DNA of 32,000 bases from Prochlorococcus sp. MIT 0801 (GCF_000757865.1 NZ_CP007754.1:1170001-1202000); one strand, 5' to 3'. Positions 8,545 through 16,424 are shown, numbered from the stretch's first letter. Numbers and translations: made by a program. Notes: generated by a model not told the origin, from the letters alone.

Positions 8545-9573
8545 ATGTCTTTTGTAGATCGATACCTAAGTTATTTTATCGCTGTTTCCATGATTCTAGG
8601 GGTCTCTATTGGATCTATCTTTCCTAATTTTTCTAATTATATTTCCTCTTTAGAACTAACAGGTATCAATCTACCTATAGCTTTTTTGATATGGGGAATG
8701 ATAATTCCAATGATGTTATCAATAAATTTTAATTCTATTATCAAAATCAAGGATAGGCCACAGGCGATTTTGATTACGGTAATAGTGAATTGGTTAATCA
8801 AACCAATACTTATGACAGGTATAGCTATATTATTTATAAATAATATATTTTCAACTTGGATTGATGCTGGTAAAGCTTCAGAATATATTTCTGGGATGAT
8901 TCTATTAGGAGTTGCTCCTTGCACAGCAATGGTTTTTGTCTGGAGTAATCTTGTTAAAGGGAACTCTAACTATACTTTGGTCCAGGTTATTATTAATGAT
9001 CTTATTTTATTATTTGCTTTTGCACCTATTGCTTCTTTCTTGCTTGGTGTTAATCAAATCAAAATACCCTTATGGACTATATTTAACTCTGTTTTGATTT
9101 ATGTATTTACACCACTTTTATTCTGCTTATTGATCAAAAAAATTGTTAATGATGCAGCAAAAATTTATACGATAAATAATTTTTTGAAGCCAATTTCTGG
9201 GATTTGCTTGGTTTTAACTGTTTTATTTTTATTTTTAGTACAAGCTAGTGAGGTTATCAATAACCCATTCCAAATCTTATTAATAGCTATCCCTTTAATT
9301 ATGCAGACCTTTTTGATCTTTTTTATTACAGCAATTCTTTTGAGAATATTTAATCAAGAAAAATCAATAGCAGGTCCAGCTTCAATGATTGGGGCTTCCA
9401 ATTTCTTTGAATTAGCTGTTGCTACCGCAATAAGTCTTTTTGGTGTCAATTCAGGTGCCGCAACTGCGACGGTTGTTGGTGTTTTAGTTGAAGTGCCAGT
9501 AATGCTATCTTTGGTTGGCATTGTTAACAATAATGATTATTTATTTCCTCCTAGAGCTAAAAGCTATAGCTGA
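8545..9573 (+). CDS. acr3: Arsenite efflux permease, ACR3 family
   Basis: 342 aa with about 10 TM helices. ACR3-type motifs are present: LGVAPCTAMVFVWS, GASNFFELAVA and GVLVEVPVML. Confidence 0.9.
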   Translation: MSFVDRYLSYFIAVSMILGVSIGSIFPNFSNYISSLELTGINLPIAFLIWGMIIPMMLSINFNSIIKIKDRPQAILITVIVNWLIKPILMTGIAILFINNIFSTWIDAGKASEYISGMILLGVAPCTAMVFVWSNLVKGNSNYTLVQVIINDLILLFAFAPIASFLLGVNQIKIPLWTIFNSVLIYVFTPLLFCLLIKKIVNDAAKIYTINNFLKPISGICLVLTVLFLFLVQASEVINNPFQILLIAIPLIMQTFLIFFITAILLRIFNQEKSIAGPASMIGASNFFELAVATAISLFGVNSGAATATVVGVLVEVPVMLSLVGIVNNNDYLFPPRAKSYS

Positions 9574-9663
9574 TTTAGCTTTTTCTGATTTGCTCAAATA
9601 AATCAAATAAAACATCATGATTATTCTAATTATGAGAAGCTCTAGCGAAATACATTAAGAACA

Positions 9664-10053
9664 TTGTCCTCAGATTCACAGCAACTAGAAGCACTTATTC
9701 AAGGCTTTACCGATAGGGCTCAAAACAAGACATTTTTACCCGCTAACACTACAAATGATTTCTTGGCTATCAGGCCAAGTGGTAACCCCATAACCGCAGA
9801 GGATCTTGCAGGAATGTATGACAGTGCAGATTTGGTTATTGAGCTTTCCGAATTAGTAAAGATTCATCGATTAGAAGCTAATTCTGATTGGGGCTTTGCT
9901 GCATTCACATTGAAAGAAGCATTTAGCTACAAAGGTGAGCGAAACAATGATTTATCTAGTTATTCATTGATTTTCAAGAAAATTGATGGCACTTGGAAAA
10001 TTTCCTGGATGCAAAGATCTCAAGGAACTACAGACCTCTCGACTTGGAATTAA
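9664..10053 (+). CDS. NTF2-fold (SnoaL/DUF4440-like) small protein
   Basis: 129 aa with a TTG start. The C-terminal ...FKKIDGTWKISWMQRS pattern is typical of NTF2-like domains. The family call is by eye only. Confidence 0.45.
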   Translation: MSSDSQQLEALIQGFTDRAQNKTFLPANTTNDFLAIRPSGNPITAEDLAGMYDSADLVIELSELVKIHRLEANSDWGFAAFTLKEAFSYKGERNNDLSSYSLIFKKIDGTWKISWMQRSQGTTDLSTWN

Positions 10054-10170
10054 CCTATTTCCCAACGCCTGAAGGCGTTAATGTAATTTTTCTCAATTAG
10101 GTTAAGAATCAGGTTTAGATTCTTAACCATTTCTTGAAGACAACAAAGGAAAGATCGTTGTATAAATCAA

Positions 10171-10250
10171 ATACAGAACGGAAGTACTCCTCGCACATCG
10201 TTCTGTATCAAAAGAGCATCCACTCAGTAAGCAGGGCAGGGTGCTTTTTT
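10171..10250 (+). ncRNA. Candidate small RNA (two hairpins, the second a terminator)
   Basis: Perfect 10-bp stem ATACAGAACG (10171-10180) / CGTTCTGTAT (10199-10208). A second hairpin AGCATCC...GGGTGCT follows, ending in T6 (10245-10250). A TATAAA box lies at 10161-10166. No ORF is present. Confidence 0.3.
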
Positions 10251-10340
10251 AATGTCTTATTTAAAAGTATGCACATGTGACAGTTAAGAGACTCATCTAC
10301 TGATACTTGAGACATCTAGATTTTTCAAATAGTTTTAATT

Positions 10341-10434
10341 TGTGAGGAGTAGAGATCCTCCGCAGTGGAAACAAGGAAACACTTGCGCCTGATCTCACAA
10401 TCAAACCGCCCTAACAGAACTGGGCGGTTTTTTT
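10341..10434 (+). ncRNA. Candidate small RNA ending in a strong intrinsic terminator
   Basis: Terminator AACCGCCC (10404-10411) / GGGCGGTT (10422-10429) followed by a T-run. Upstream there is GTGAG...CTCAC long-range pairing and a GAGGA/TCCTC hairpin. An AT-rich -10-like TTTAAT lies at 10334-10339. No ORF is present. Confidence 0.3.
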
Positions 10435-10533
10435 GTTTTTAATTAGAAAAACTAATGATGTTTCTATAGGCACGTTTGATTCATTCAATATAGTTTTATC
10501 TTTTCAATGAGATAGGTATCATGCATAAGTTCT

Positions 10534-10809
10534 ATGAAAGAACCAAAAAGAGAAGCATTGCCAACAATTACAGGTTGGTTAGTTGCTCCAACAAGAGATT
10601 TTTGTTTGTTCTTTATTCGTGATCCCAAATCATCCGTAGGTTATCCAAGTGTGCTGAGTCAACTTTGGTATTGCACTATCGAAGGAAGTCCAACAAAGTT
10701 AAAAAATACAAGACGAATAGATTTGAATAGTGCAGAAGAAACTTGGAGAGAGCTAATTAGCAATGGTTGGGAATTAGTTGAAGATCAAATTAATGATGAT
10801 GCTGCCTAA
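10534..10809 (+). CDS. Hypothetical protein (91 aa), picocyanobacterial orphan type
   Basis: Clean ORF ending ...ETWRELISNGWELVEDQINDDAA. No family recognised with certainty. Confidence 0.45.
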   Translation: MKEPKREALPTITGWLVAPTRDFCLFFIRDPKSSVGYPSVLSQLWYCTIEGSPTKLKNTRRIDLNSAEETWRELISNGWELVEDQINDDAA

Positions 10810-10882
10810 ATATGATTGGCGACTCTTAATACAAACGCCTAACATATTGCGACCTAATATCTAATTATTAGCTAGTAAAAAC

Positions 10883-11030
10883 AAGCAAAGAGAGCCGGAC
10901 TTCCCGTAGTAACGACTCTTCCTTGCTTGGCTTGGTGACCACTGCTTAGATTGGTACTTTGCATTTTGATTATGGGTAAGGAAGATTAATTAATGGATAA
11001 TCAATACTTAATTCATAGTTAAGCTAGCGT
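10883..11030 (-). repeat. 148-nt repeat copy A: orphan 3'UTR-plus-terminator module
   Basis: About 93% identical over the first about 135 nt to 13649-13796 in the same orientation. On the minus strand it ends in the hairpin AAGCAAGGAAGAG...CTCTCTTTGCTT followed by GTTTTT. It retains a relic of the last codons and stop of a gene that is no longer present. Confidence 0.85.
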
Positions 11031-11179
11031 AATACTGGGTTTGTACGGATAATAGAAAGTGGTTTTATTGAGAATCTTTTAATAATGGCAATAAAGAGCA
11101 GTTTGATTTTGTTTGACGCAATTTAAAAAAAATTTAATTAGAGTATTAATATATTAGAAGGTAAAAATTCTTTATCTGC

Positions 11180-11701
11180 ATGGAATCTAAGAAATTATTT
11201 TCTAGGAAGAATTTACTCAATTCTCTTGCTTTCTCTGGTGTTCTTTTCGTAAATACATTGAACCCTCAAGGGATTAGTGCTGAAAGTCAAAAAAGCATAG
11301 ATATTCCTAAAGTTGTTTCTTACAGATCAGCATCATGCGGTTGTTGCAAGAAATGGGTTAACCATCTACGCGATAATGGATTAGAAGTTGTTGATAACGT
11401 TATTGAAGATGTCTCAGCAATAAAAAAACAATATAAAATTCCCAATAATTTAAGATCATGCCACTCTGCTCAAATAGGTGAGTACAAGATTGAAGGACAT
11501 GTGCCGATTGAATCAATCAAAAAACTTTTCAAAGAGAAACCAAGTATCTCTGGGATAGCTGTTCCTGGTATGCCTCATGGTTCTCCTGGAATGGAATTAC
11601 ATTCACACGAATCACATTCTCACGATAATTATGAAAGTTATAAAGTAGTTTCATTTAGTAATAGTGGTAAAACAAAAATATTCGACAAAATTTATCCCTA
11701 A
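11180..11701 (+). CDS. DUF411-family periplasmic metal-binding protein (CopG-like, copper-associated)
   Basis: Signal peptide, then SASCGCCKKW...CHSAQIGEYKIEGHVP...GIAVPGMPHGSPGME, which is the diagnostic CGCC / EGHVP / PGMP-GSPGM motif set of DUF411. A His-rich tail follows (HSHESHSHD). Confidence 0.8.
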   Translation: MESKKLFSRKNLLNSLAFSGVLFVNTLNPQGISAESQKSIDIPKVVSYRSASCGCCKKWVNHLRDNGLEVVDNVIEDVSAIKKQYKIPNNLRSCHSAQIGEYKIEGHVPIESIKKLFKEKPSISGIAVPGMPHGSPGMELHSHESHSHDNYESYKVVSFSNSGKTKIFDKIYP

Positions 11702-11715
11702 GACAAGTACTTATT

Positions 11716-11952
11716 ATGTTAATAATGAGTTTTGTTCTTAGGAAGTTAAAAATTCTCACTTTTTTCTTTTTCTTAACTCTTCCTTTCAATCTTTATTCTC
11801 AAGCTCATATGAAGGGTACATTTTATTCTGAGCAAGAAGCTGAAAAAGAATCATTTGAACTTGGTTGCATTGGAATACATAAAAATCAAGATAAATGGCT
11901 TCCATGTAAAAACGAAAAAGAGCTACATAAGAAACGTCGAGCGAATCAATAA
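11716..11952 (+). CDS. Small secreted protein (78 aa)
   Basis: N-terminal signal-like helix (LKILTFFFFLTLPFNLYSQA). Its stop overlaps the next start (TAATG at 11950-11954), which suggests translational coupling. Confidence 0.45.
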   Translation: MLIMSFVLRKLKILTFFFFLTLPFNLYSQAHMKGTFYSEQEAEKESFELGCIGIHKNQDKWLPCKNEKELHKKRRANQ

Positions 11953-12218
11953 TGAAAAAACTATATTCAAGTCGGAAATGGCATAGAAGATTTGCAGTAA
12001 TTCTTGCGGTTCCATTATTTTTAACTATTTCAAGTGGTTCTCTGTACCCCATTTTATTAGCTTTTGGTATAGATGCTTTTTGGTTGATCAAATTACATAC
12101 AGGTAATTTTGGATTTATAAATTTGCAGTCTATTTATTCACCATTAACAGGACTGTCAACTTTGGTACTTCTTTGCACTGGAATCTCTTTATTGAAAAGA
12201 CCTTCAAAAACAAACTAA
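11952..12218 (+). CDS. Small two-TM membrane protein with a PepSY-TM-like motif
   Basis: 88 aa. The pattern ...WHRRFAVILAVPLFLTISSG...KLHTGNFG...LSTLVLLCTGISL resembles a single PepSY-associated TM unit. Confidence 0.45.
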   Translation: MKKLYSSRKWHRRFAVILAVPLFLTISSGSLYPILLAFGIDAFWLIKLHTGNFGFINLQSIYSPLTGLSTLVLLCTGISLLKRPSKTN

Positions 12219-12290
12219 AAAATTGTTTGCACAGCACAAAGCTATGCCCAAGCGCATGTAAAGGAGGTCACATTTAGTTTTGAAAAATTC

Positions 12291-12623
12291 TTGATAATGT
12301 CGATGGAGAACCAACAAGTTCTACGCTTTCGAATCACTAATACTATGGATGACACCACCAATAGGTGCATTTCTCTAAAAGAAGACCCATTGCAAAGCGC
12401 TCAATCAAAACGCTACCAAAAACAATTACCAACTGAGAAGTGGAAACCCACTGATGATCACGCGATTGACATCATTAGTGATTATTTGATTTGTGTTAGA
12501 GAAGATATGAACGCAATGATTGAAGAGCTTGGTTGTCCTAAAGAGTATGCCGCAGGTTTGCTAAGAGCTATTGCTGATGGATATGAAGACCTCAATTCAA
12601 ATTCCGAGGACTATTCCAAATAA
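12291..12623 (+). CDS. Hypothetical acidic protein (about 106-110 aa)
   Basis: ORF with possible starts at TTG 12291, ATG 12297 and ATG 12303. No family recognised. Confidence 0.45.
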   Translation: MIMSMENQQVLRFRITNTMDDTTNRCISLKEDPLQSAQSKRYQKQLPTEKWKPTDDHAIDIISDYLICVREDMNAMIEELGCPKEYAAGLLRAIADGYEDLNSNSEDYSK

Positions 12624-12662
12624 TAGTGAATAAAAAAATAGACATCTTAGTACAAGTGTCTA

Positions 12663-12815
12663 TCAATCATGCAATTGATTTTCTATTTCTAAGTTTATAG
12701 ATGTAGGAGAAAAAGCATCAGCAGAGCCAGAGAAAGCTATTACAGCTAGGCTAACTGCACCAACAACTGTTGATAATGTTTTCAACTTTTTGGAAACTTT
12801 CGCTTTTTTTGACAT
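12663..12815 (-). CDS. Possible 50-aa secreted or membrane peptide (below the ORF-track cutoff)
   Basis: Manual translation gives MSKKAKVSKKLKTLSTVVGAVSLAVIAFSGSADAFSPTSINLEIENQLHD*. It has a basic N-terminus, a hydrophobic core and an ADA cleavage-like site. Confidence 0.35.
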   Translation of the reverse strand: MSKKAKVSKKLKTLSTVVGAVSLAVIAFSGSADAFSPTSINLEIENQLHD

Positions 12816-13029
12816 GTGCTTGTGAAGTCGAACTTCTTAAAATTAATCTATTGTTAACTCTAAGATAAGAGAAAGTTAATAAATGGAAATCAAACCTTAA
12901 CTTAAGCTAGAAAGAATAGTTTGCATAGAACGATCAGCAGAAGCTCTTTCTTCAGCTACAAGTTATTGGAATTTAAATAGGAGATTTTTCTAAGCTTAGG
13001 GCTGACTATTCATCTACTTCCTTAAGAAA

Positions 13030-13284
13030 TTAATTCGTATCGGCTACATTCTTAAAGAACTCACAATAAACCATTAAATCTGATTCTTTTTCTGTCTTCA
13101 GATTGAGTAATTCTATGGTTTTAGCAGTATCAATTCTATAGGCATACCAATCAAGACAAGTCTCTCTTTGTTTTTGTGTCGATGAAATGGGCTTTGCTTT
13201 ATATGTACCTACTTCTGTTGAAGTCTTTGTACAAGCACTTATCAAAACAATAAATAAGATTAATAAAAATAAACGGGTCATCAA
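13030..13284 (-). CDS. Small lipoprotein (84 aa)
   Basis: MMTRLFLLILFIVLISAC gives a signal peptide with a lipobox Cys. Confidence 0.55.
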   Translation of the reverse strand: MMTRLFLLILFIVLISACTKTSTEVGTYKAKPISSTQKQRETCLDWYAYRIDTAKTIELLNLKTEKESDLMVYCEFFKNVADTN

Positions 13285-13648
13285 TATTTAATCAGCCATC
13301 CATCAGAACATAGCACTCGTTTCATTAGCTTCAGGTATTAAAGATTACACAGGTTATTGAGATATTCTGATAAGTTAAAAATGGCTGGTGATTTGCGTGA
13401 ACAGATTACCAGCTTGTAGCCTTACTACTTGCAATAGCTAAAAGTGGATAGGTGATTTCGACTACACGAAAAAATCTGAAAAAATGCTAGAAAATAACAT
13501 AATTAAATTCTTATAATGAAACCACTTGCAGACAGTAATCATCTTCAACAAGTATTAGCTCAGATTCAATTAAACATAATCAGAACTAAAGATCAAAAGA
13601 TGTCTCATCATCTCTGGTATCAGAAATCAATGTGTGATGGAGAAAAAT

Positions 13649-13796
13649 AAGCAAAGAGAGCCGGACTTCCCGTAGTAACGACTCCTCCTTGCTTAGCTTG
13701 GTGACCACTGCTTAGATTGGTACCTTGCTTTTTGATTATGGCTAAGGAAGATTAATTACTGGATAAGCAATACTTAATTCGCAGTTAAGTCAGCAT
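13649..13796 (-). repeat. 148-nt repeat copy B: 3'UTR and terminator of the 81-aa gene
   Basis: Paralogue of 10883-11030. It begins at the last four codons and stop of ORF 13785-14030. It ends in the minus-strand hairpin AAGCAAGGAGGAG...CTCTCTTTGCTT followed by ATTTTT. Confidence 0.85.
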
Positions 13797-14030
13797 TGTA
13801 TTTTTTTGATATTTGCTAACTATCTCGGTAACTTCCTCACCATGAATCCAGCGAATTTCGCCAGAATCTACGTTGGCAATTTGAAAGAGTGAGGGTGCAT
13901 CAGTATCACGAGAGCCTCCAACAAAAGTAAGAACTTTTCCAATTTGGTCCTTTTCATAAAGAACAGCGTCACCGCATTTAACTTTTAAAAATAAAGGCTC
14001 TTCAACTAATTCTTCATCGCTATAGCCCAA
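13785..14030 (-). CDS. Hypothetical protein (81 aa) downstream of ligase-like gene 1
   Basis: ORF overlapping the end of the upstream ligase-like gene by 25 nt. No family recognised. Confidence 0.45.
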   Translation of the reverse strand: MGYSDEELVEEPLFLKVKCGDAVLYEKDQIGKVLTFVGGSRDTDAPSLFQIANVDSGEIRWIHGEEVTEIVSKYQKNTMLT

Positions 14031-14791
14031 TTAGGTGCTTTTGAATTTACTCCAAGTCTCTTCTTTGTTTTCCCAAAATTAACTTTGACGACTATTCCAT
14101 CAGTTGGGAGATTTTCGAAAAGTTCACCAGCAAGCCATTCTTTATGCCATCTCTTAACTTGGAGAGGATCAGCAGTTCTATTAGTTGGCGGAATTTCAAA
14201 GAACCATGATTCTAATTTTTTTATATCTTCAATTTCATCTGCAGTACTTCCAAGAATTTCATACGCCACAAAACTAAGACCAGCACCAGTTGGGTTTTTC
14301 TTTCTTAGGTGTCCTCCAGCCAAAGCTTGGGATTTAGTTCTAGAAAGATTTGGCCCATAGAGTTCGCCACGGATCTCAAGTGGTTCTTCTGAAACTGCAA
14401 TTCCATCTTCTGGAAGTTCCACAGGAAGATTGCAAATAGTTCTAGCCGCTTCAAGTACATCTTTTCCACTTCTAGTGAATGCTGCTACTAAGGTTCCAGA
14501 TTGGTATCGAAGACCTAAAGCACAGCCATCAAATTTTGGTTGAACAATCATGGTTTCATTTCTGGCTTTCTCTGCCCACCATTCGCTAAAGCAATAATTA
14601 TCCAAACTAAGTAACTTCATTTTCTGCTGGAAATATGAATTCTGAGGATCAATTTCCTTAAGCCTATTTTCTAACTGATCAAATTGCTTGTCACTTACTT
14701 GAGCATTGCCCGATCTGTAGGCCACATCTAGCTTTTCGACCAAGCCAGAAAGTTCTTTTGCCCACGTTTTGCCCACGCTATTATTTCCCAT
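14006..14791 (-). CDS. Stand-alone NAD-dependent-DNA-ligase-type adenylation domain protein (domain Ia plus nucleotidyltransferase only), copy 1
   Basis: The start is taken at ATG 14789-14791 (MGNNSVGKTW...). The tracked N-terminal 32 aa (..GSTRSQVRILSPR..) is read-through of the tRNA fragment. LigA motifs are present: domain Ia YRSGNAQVSDKQFDQLENRLKEI, motif I QPKFDGCAL (KxDG), motif III IRGELY, motif IV DGIVVKV and motif V NWAIAMK. At 261 aa it has no OB, Zn-finger, HhH or BRCT domains. Confidence 0.7.
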   Translation of the reverse strand: MGNNSVGKTWAKELSGLVEKLDVAYRSGNAQVSDKQFDQLENRLKEIDPQNSYFQQKMKLLSLDNYCFSEWWAEKARNETMIVQPKFDGCALGLRYQSGTLVAAFTRSGKDVLEAARTICNLPVELPEDGIAVSEEPLEIRGELYGPNLSRTKSQALAGGHLRKKNPTGAGLSFVAYEILGSTADEIEDIKKLESWFFEIPPTNRTADPLQVKRWHKEWLAGELFENLPTDGIVVKVNFGKTKKRLGVNSKAPNWAIAMKN

Positions 14792-14879
14792 TAAAAAAGA
14801 CAGGCTGGGAAACCTGTCTCTGACTGATCGGGGCGACAGGATTCGAACCTGCGACCTAGTGCTCCCAAAGCAATCGGTT
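14789..14879 (-). repeat. att repeat 1: 3' 44 nt of tRNA-Pro(UGG) (14828-14871) plus its terminator; not an intact tRNA
   Basis: The reverse complement reads GC-TTTGGGA-GCACT-AGGTC-GCAGG-TTCGAAT-CCTGT-CGCCCCG-A. This gives the anticodon loop with UGG, the variable loop, the T-arm, the 3' acceptor strand and discriminator A. The hairpin AGACAGG/CCTGTCT plus T6 follows. No 5' acceptor strand (CGGGGCG) or D-arm lies upstream. It is 88/91 identical to 24511-24601. Confidence 0.85.
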
Positions 14880-14991
14880 GTACACATGAGACTGGTATAA
14901 AGATCTAATCCCTGACTAAAAATATTCTAGCTATTGTAATGAGTTTGAGACTAACAATTGAAATGAATATCTATTTGTTTTAACTTGTATT

Positions 14992-15018
14992 TACTCAGGA
15001 GATCCCGCTGAGATCCCG
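14992..15018 (+). promoter_or_regulatory. Arm-type repeat, left arm of element 1 (just upstream of int1)
   Basis: TACTCAGGAGATCCCGCTGAGATCCCG contains a tandem GAGATCCC-gct-GAGATCCC. The same 27-mer, with 2 mismatches, recurs at 24472-24498 at the opposite end of the element. Confidence 0.55.
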
Positions 15019-15038
15019 CTTTAAAGACTTCATCCTTA

Positions 15039-16424
15039 ATGAAAGCTCGTTCAGAAGCACCAGATTGGGTTCAAAGCATGAGGATCTTTCTTAGGGGGGA
15101 GGTTGGAGCAAACTGGCAGGTCACAACAAAAGGCAGGAGAAGGGCTTGTTTAGGTGTCAGGTTTGACGATGGAACGAGAGTCTTTAAAAATCTCCCTGTC
15201 TTATGGGAGAGGGCACAGCAAGCGAAGATCCAAGAGCTTGTTCTTGAAGTACATGAATTAGTGGTCAAGAAAAAGATATGCGGACTAGACGAAGCTATTG
15301 ATCGAATCAACAAAGCCAATACAGAAGTTCCTAGTGCAGCAGACAGGGCAAATCCAATGCTTCTTCTTGCCGCATGGGAAAAATACGAACACTACAAGGT
15401 GAAACAAAAAGGGGATGTCACTCAAGCGAATTGGAATAAAGAATATGGAGGGAGACCAAATACAAAAATCAACCCTCCAAGGCCAAAGGACAAAGGGAAA
15501 ACATATTTAAGGTTTAAGCAAATAGTGAAAACGGCTACCAATGCTAATGAACTATTAATCCAAATTGGTGACTACGAAGATAAAAATAAAAAGCCCGAAC
15601 CTATTAAGCCTTTAGAAGCTGGAAGTCGTAGCAGGCAAATCAGAGTTCAACATGTTGCAGCTTTTTTAAGATGGGCAACTTCAAAAAAATCAGGTTATTT
15701 ACTAAATCCAGAGAATTGGTCTGCGCCACCAAGGAATGCAATCGATGATTACGTAGGAGTTAAGTCAGCCAAGAAAAAGAAAGAAACTTCTAGTCCAACA
15801 GTTGCGATTGAAGATGACGATCTTTTAGCGCTATTAGGCTCACTACCCATAGACATAGACAAAGAAGAGAAAAGGCATCGATTAAGAGATCGTGCAATGG
15901 AGTGGGACTTTGCTCTAAAGCTTGCAATTACTTATGGCCTACGTCCTGAGGAAGTACGACATGAGCATCTAACGATCAAAAAGAATGACAAGGAATATAT
16001 GTTCTGCACCTATTGCAAAAAGTCTGGGGGAGGTATTACCAGGCCTCGCAGACTATGGCCGATCCATCCCGAATGGGAGAAGAAATGGCATTTATTGGAA
16101 CGTATTAAAAAGAGAGATCCTTTACCAAGAATGAAAGCTGGTGCAGGTGATGCATTTAGGAATTACCTACGTTTTAATGAGGTCTGGAAAAAATTAAAAT
16201 CAGATGTAGGTGTTGTGCCCTACAGCTTTAGACATTCCTATAGCAAGCGGGCACATCAAATTTACAAATTAAGTGATACAGAAGTTGCAGCTTTTATGGG
16301 TCACAGTGTCCCTGTACATAACGCTCGCTATGCTCAGTGGAGCACCGAAACTATGCTAGAAAGATCAATGGAACGTGCTATAAAATTCAGGAACATCCTC
16401 GAGGGTTCGCAAGTGGTCAATTAA
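15039..16424 (+). CDS. int: Tyrosine recombinase / integrase 1
   Basis: 461 aa. The catalytic signature is GLRPEEV (Arg I), FRHSYSKRA (HxxR) and MGHSVPVHNARYAQW (His/Tyr nucleophile). It lies about 160 nt from the att repeat. Confidence 0.9.
   Translation: MKARSEAPDWVQSMRIFLRGEVGANWQVTTKGRRRACLGVRFDDGTRVFKNLPVLWERAQQAKIQELVLEVHELVVKKKICGLDEAIDRINKANTEVPSAADRANPMLLLAAWEKYEHYKVKQKGDVTQANWNKEYGGRPNTKINPPRPKDKGKTYLRFKQIVKTATNANELLIQIGDYEDKNKKPEPIKPLEAGSRSRQIRVQHVAAFLRWATSKKSGYLLNPENWSAPPRNAIDDYVGVKSAKKKKETSSPTVAIEDDDLLALLGSLPIDIDKEEKRHRLRDRAMEWDFALKLAITYGLRPEEVRHEHLTIKKNDKEYMFCTYCKKSGGGITRPRRLWPIHPEWEKKWHLLERIKKRDPLPRMKAGAGDAFRNYLRFNEVWKKLKSDVGVVPYSFRHSYSKRAHQIYKLSDTEVAAFMGHSVPVHNARYAQWSTETMLERSMERAIKFRNILEGSQVVN

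Noticed and set aside
8637-9097. ORFs 8637..8924 (-) and 8912..9097 (+)
   Set aside because: Both are inside the well-supported acr3 gene. Their hydrophobic, AT-codon-driven translations are frame artefacts.
11786-12091. 101-aa minus-strand ORF
   Set aside because: It overlaps two coupled plus-strand ORFs that have a signal peptide and TM features. Its own translation has no features.
14828-14871. Possible intact tRNA-Pro genes here and at 24550-24593
   Set aside because: Only the anticodon loop, variable loop, T-arm and 3' acceptor strand are present. The 5' side of the anticodon stem already mismatches. No D-arm or CGGGGCG 5' acceptor strand follows on the tRNA 5' side in either copy.
14792-14887. 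N-terminal 32 codons of tracked ORF 14006..14887 (MCTTDCFGSTRSQVRILSPRSVRDRFPSLSFL)
   Set aside because: This is the reverse-strand translation of the tRNA-Pro T-arm and acceptor fragment and its terminator. GSTRSQVRILSPR is the classic GGTTCGAATCC read-through. The real start is the ATG at 14789-14791.
14085-15319. ORFs 14085..14360 (+) and 15071..15319 (-)
   Set aside because: They are antisense shadows of ligase-like gene 1 and integrase 1 respectively.
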